Assembly: GCF_018977255.1 (NCBI RefSeq) | Contig: NW_024704743.1 | Location: 20,772,001-20,836,000, forward strand | Reading direction: 5' to 3' | Length of the DNA: 64,000 nt | Source: Callorhinchus milii | Taxonomy: Eukaryota | Part shown: positions 60,916 to 64,000 of the stretch, piece by piece | How positions within the stretch are numbered: position 1 is the first letter of the stretch | How the letters are laid out: each line of letters opens with the position of its first letter | Program-made: the position numbers and the translations under genes | The notes under the pieces: generated by a model | The model's database searches: none | What the model saw: the letters and a program-made list of their open reading frames with translations, nothing else | Told to the model about the DNA's origin: nothing

Positions 60916-63900
60916 TGCATCTGAATGCCTCCTGTGTCCAGCGGTGGATTTCTGAAGTAAGATTTCTATGTAAGATTTCACTGTTGCTGTTAAGAAACAT
61001 TTATCAGATAGACTTTATTCATATTCAGCTTGTCCTTTGTCCAAATATCATGTGCATACTCAGTCACTTGTATCTGTACATTCATAGATGCCCTTGATTT
61101 TGGACAAAAGTACAGCACTGAGTCCATTTGGCTTGCCTGCCATAGCTATGCACATACAAATCATGGTATTAACACTAGTCTCTCTGCTACAGGTGGGGGG
61201 AGTGAGCAAGGAGGATTGAACTCATACCAGTTAGTAAATTAACTTTTAACTACATTGTGTCTGCTTCACCTATTGTTATATTGGAGCCAGCAAATCATGA
61301 AAACACATCACAAAATCACTGACAGGAAATTCCAGAGAAAGTGATAGTTGTTGATGTAATGCTAGAGATTTAGTGATAATTTATGCGCAAAGCATTTGCA
61401 TGTAAGTAGCTGTTTTAAAAAGAATATGAATAGATTTGGTACTAACATTTGCTTTGATTAGTTTTCTTATAATACTAGTAACTACAGTATCTCACCTTCT
61501 GCAGTCAAATTAAAGATCCCCAAAGCACTTCCTGATGACGTTTTATCTACATTTGTTCGCAATGCAAGCTGTGAAGGACTGGACCCTATTTGAGGCTGAT
61601 AACAGTAATATAATCAGTTTCATTTCTGGCAAAAGCTGTATGAATTTTTAATTTTCTGAAGGAAAATGTCTACCTACCAGTGGCATATAGGGAGAACCAA
61701 CCAGTGATTGGTTTGCTTGAGAAACAATTCCTACAGGATCTTCGGGCTATACAGAAAAGATGAAATTGTCTGACATGTGAAGGCAGTATTAATAAATCAA
61801 AAAATGTTTATTTTAATGACAATTGTTTTATATTTTCCAAGTGCCCAGTCTACCTCAGCCATGTAGCGAAGAGGCCATCAGATGACATATTCCCAGGGGT
61901 CTGACAATGTCATTCTGAGCAGCTGTAAAGGGGCAAGTGATGGCAGCATGGGGAATACATTTCATCTATGGTTTCTTGGCCACAGCAGCATGGCTAATAT
62001 TGCTATTAGCAGCATAGGAAAATTAAACCTTCATCCACTACTGCTGTGAAAGATTATTTATAATGCTTCAATGTACAAACTTGCTATCATTTGGTCATTA
62101 TATTGCAGTATTTTCCCTTTAGGCTTTCGCCCTGTTTAACTTAAAAATGCTGTGCTGTAACCAGCTGCTAAATAACCCACAATCACATTCTTTAAATATG
62201 AAGGACTGGATGGAAGAATGGATTACAACACTACTCTTTCATCTGTGAAACGCGGATTTGATTCTACACCAAAACCATCTGACAAATGTTTAATTTCATA
62301 GATGTCGGTGAGGGTCTTCAGTAAAATAATCACATTTTACGCAGTTCCTATCCAGCTTCTAGTGGGTATGAGATAACAGCAAACGTTACTCATATTTGGT
62401 ATTACATGTTTAATCCCCTCCCTATCCCTTTTGCTCCCACTTCCAGCTCGGGTGCCTATCCAAAAAGGATAGCAATTTGAGATGCTTTCCCAAAGTGTGA
62501 AAGGTGTTATATAAACGTAAATTGTATTGTCTGATCTCACTCAGAAATCATAAATATAGTGGGTATCATCCTGGGGGGGGGGTGGTGGCTGATCCTCTCC
62601 AAGGTGACATGCTTACCAAAAGATTTTCAGAATTGACATTCTGGCAGTCTGGTTACTGAGCAAGGTAGGCCTGCAATATTGCAGAGCATTGTAGATAACA
62701 GCCCAGCCAGCCTGGCTCATTGTGTGGACTTGGAGAGGTAAGCTGGTCACAGGGTTTTTGCCCATTTGGCTCCTGTCAACCCTGCAAGTCAAAATCCTAA
62801 TAGTAGGATGGTCCCAGCTGGACAAGCAGCGGGAAGCTTGCCAGAGTGATTTGGATGGAAAGCTTGTGGTGGTTTTAACTGGCAAGCTTTGACCTTGCCA
62901 ACCTGCACCAAATCCTCTATGAAGTTACATAAGCAAGATGCACCCTCCAGGGAGAGAGTGCACATTCCATTCTATATATGTGGAACTCTCAGGCCGGTTT
63001 GTATACTCTTAAGCATGATGACGATTTTCAGTTGTGACACTCAGCTGACTAAAACAACATAAGCTTCACTAGTGCAGGAAATGTAAATATCAAACATGTG
63101 CAGTAGGGCATCTGCTTTGGAGTTACTGCTTCATTCCCTAGTGCTTAATAGAATAAACGTTTTTGACCCTTGTACTTCAGTATTTTTGTGCTTAAAGGAG
63201 TCATTAACAGGTACTTACTGCATAATTCATGTTGGAATTGCGGATAGATGCCGTTTGGCGCTGCATAGAACATCTCATGAACATCTCATCCTTTACAGCA
63301 AAGAGGCTGAAAATTTATAGATTTGTTTATTTTTAAACTGTTGCATTACAACACACAAAACATTTAATTATTTCTGCAATGGGATTAAGTAAAGAAGCAT
63401 CACACATTTTTTTAATAACAAATCTGGTGAAGTTATTATTTTGTTCATAAACTTTACAAATGTGTACCTTCTCCTTAGTATATTAAACTTTTTTTCCCAC
63501 GCTTGATTTGTTCGCTGAAGCTCTTTATTAAGTCTGAAAAACAAGTATATTTCATGAGTGAAAAACAAAACTGTTTCAACCTGTACCAATTAGCTACTGA
63601 CTAACTAGTATTAGCTTTCGGGATTTGATCTTATAATCGTCTAGGTGCAGTTATCTATACATCGTACAGTACTGAGGGAGTTAACCAAAGGAGTGGTGGT
63701 TTTAACTGGCTGTTCCAAAGGAGTGCCATTCTTTAGATAAGCGGTTAAACCAAGTTCTTGTCTACTAGGTGAATCTTAAAAAATCCCATGATATTAGTTG
63801 AAAAAAGAAGGCATCTTCTTCTTGGGCTATGGAAAATAATCCTGCAGATAAATTGGTCACTTATGTGTAGTTACTTGTGTGACCTTGCTGTGAACTGCGT

Positions 63901-64000
63901 GCAACAGTAATTTCTGTAAACTGTTTTGAGAAATTTTAATGTAAAAAGTTACTATAAAATTACAAGTTTTACCCTTCTAATTGTTTGTCAAGCTTTTTCA

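Noticed and set aside
1..64000. CRISPR arrays, rRNA, snoRNA clusters, intact autonomous transposons
   Set aside because: No repeat-spacer structure, no rRNA-like sequence, no convincing box C/D or H/ACA pairs with terminal stems; all LINE copies are truncated and frameshifted.

Overview
Vertebrate genomic DNA, most likely from a cartilaginous fish (chimaera/shark-like; inferred from the repeat content: L2 and CR1 LINEs, tRNA-derived and Deu-type SINEs). The only protein-coding gene I can support is a complete two-exon ptf1a (bHLH pancreas/neural transcription factor; CDS 35948-36530 + 36813-37015, 261 aa, + strand). It has CCAAT/TATA promoter elements and an AATAAA. The left ~33 kb is dense in nested LINE/SINE fragments. 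It also holds a GC/CpG-rich island (~17.06-17.70 kb), a 4.4-kb (CACT)n-type array and a 3.4-kb polypyrimidine tract that runs up to the ptf1a promoter. The ~11 kb downstream of ptf1a is almost repeat-free and looks like regulatory DNA. Points worth checking: (i) several E-box + TC-box (PTF1/RBPJ-type) composite sites at about -18.5, +2.8, +6.5 and +26 kb, suggesting a PTF1 autoregulatory architecture; (ii) a possible spliced non-coding transcript on the minus strand starting at the upstream island; (iii) several near-perfect hairpins and a SINE flanked by an inverted rather than direct duplication. I found no convincing novel protein-coding system; nearly all other ORFs in the track are repeat-derived or low-complexity artefacts.
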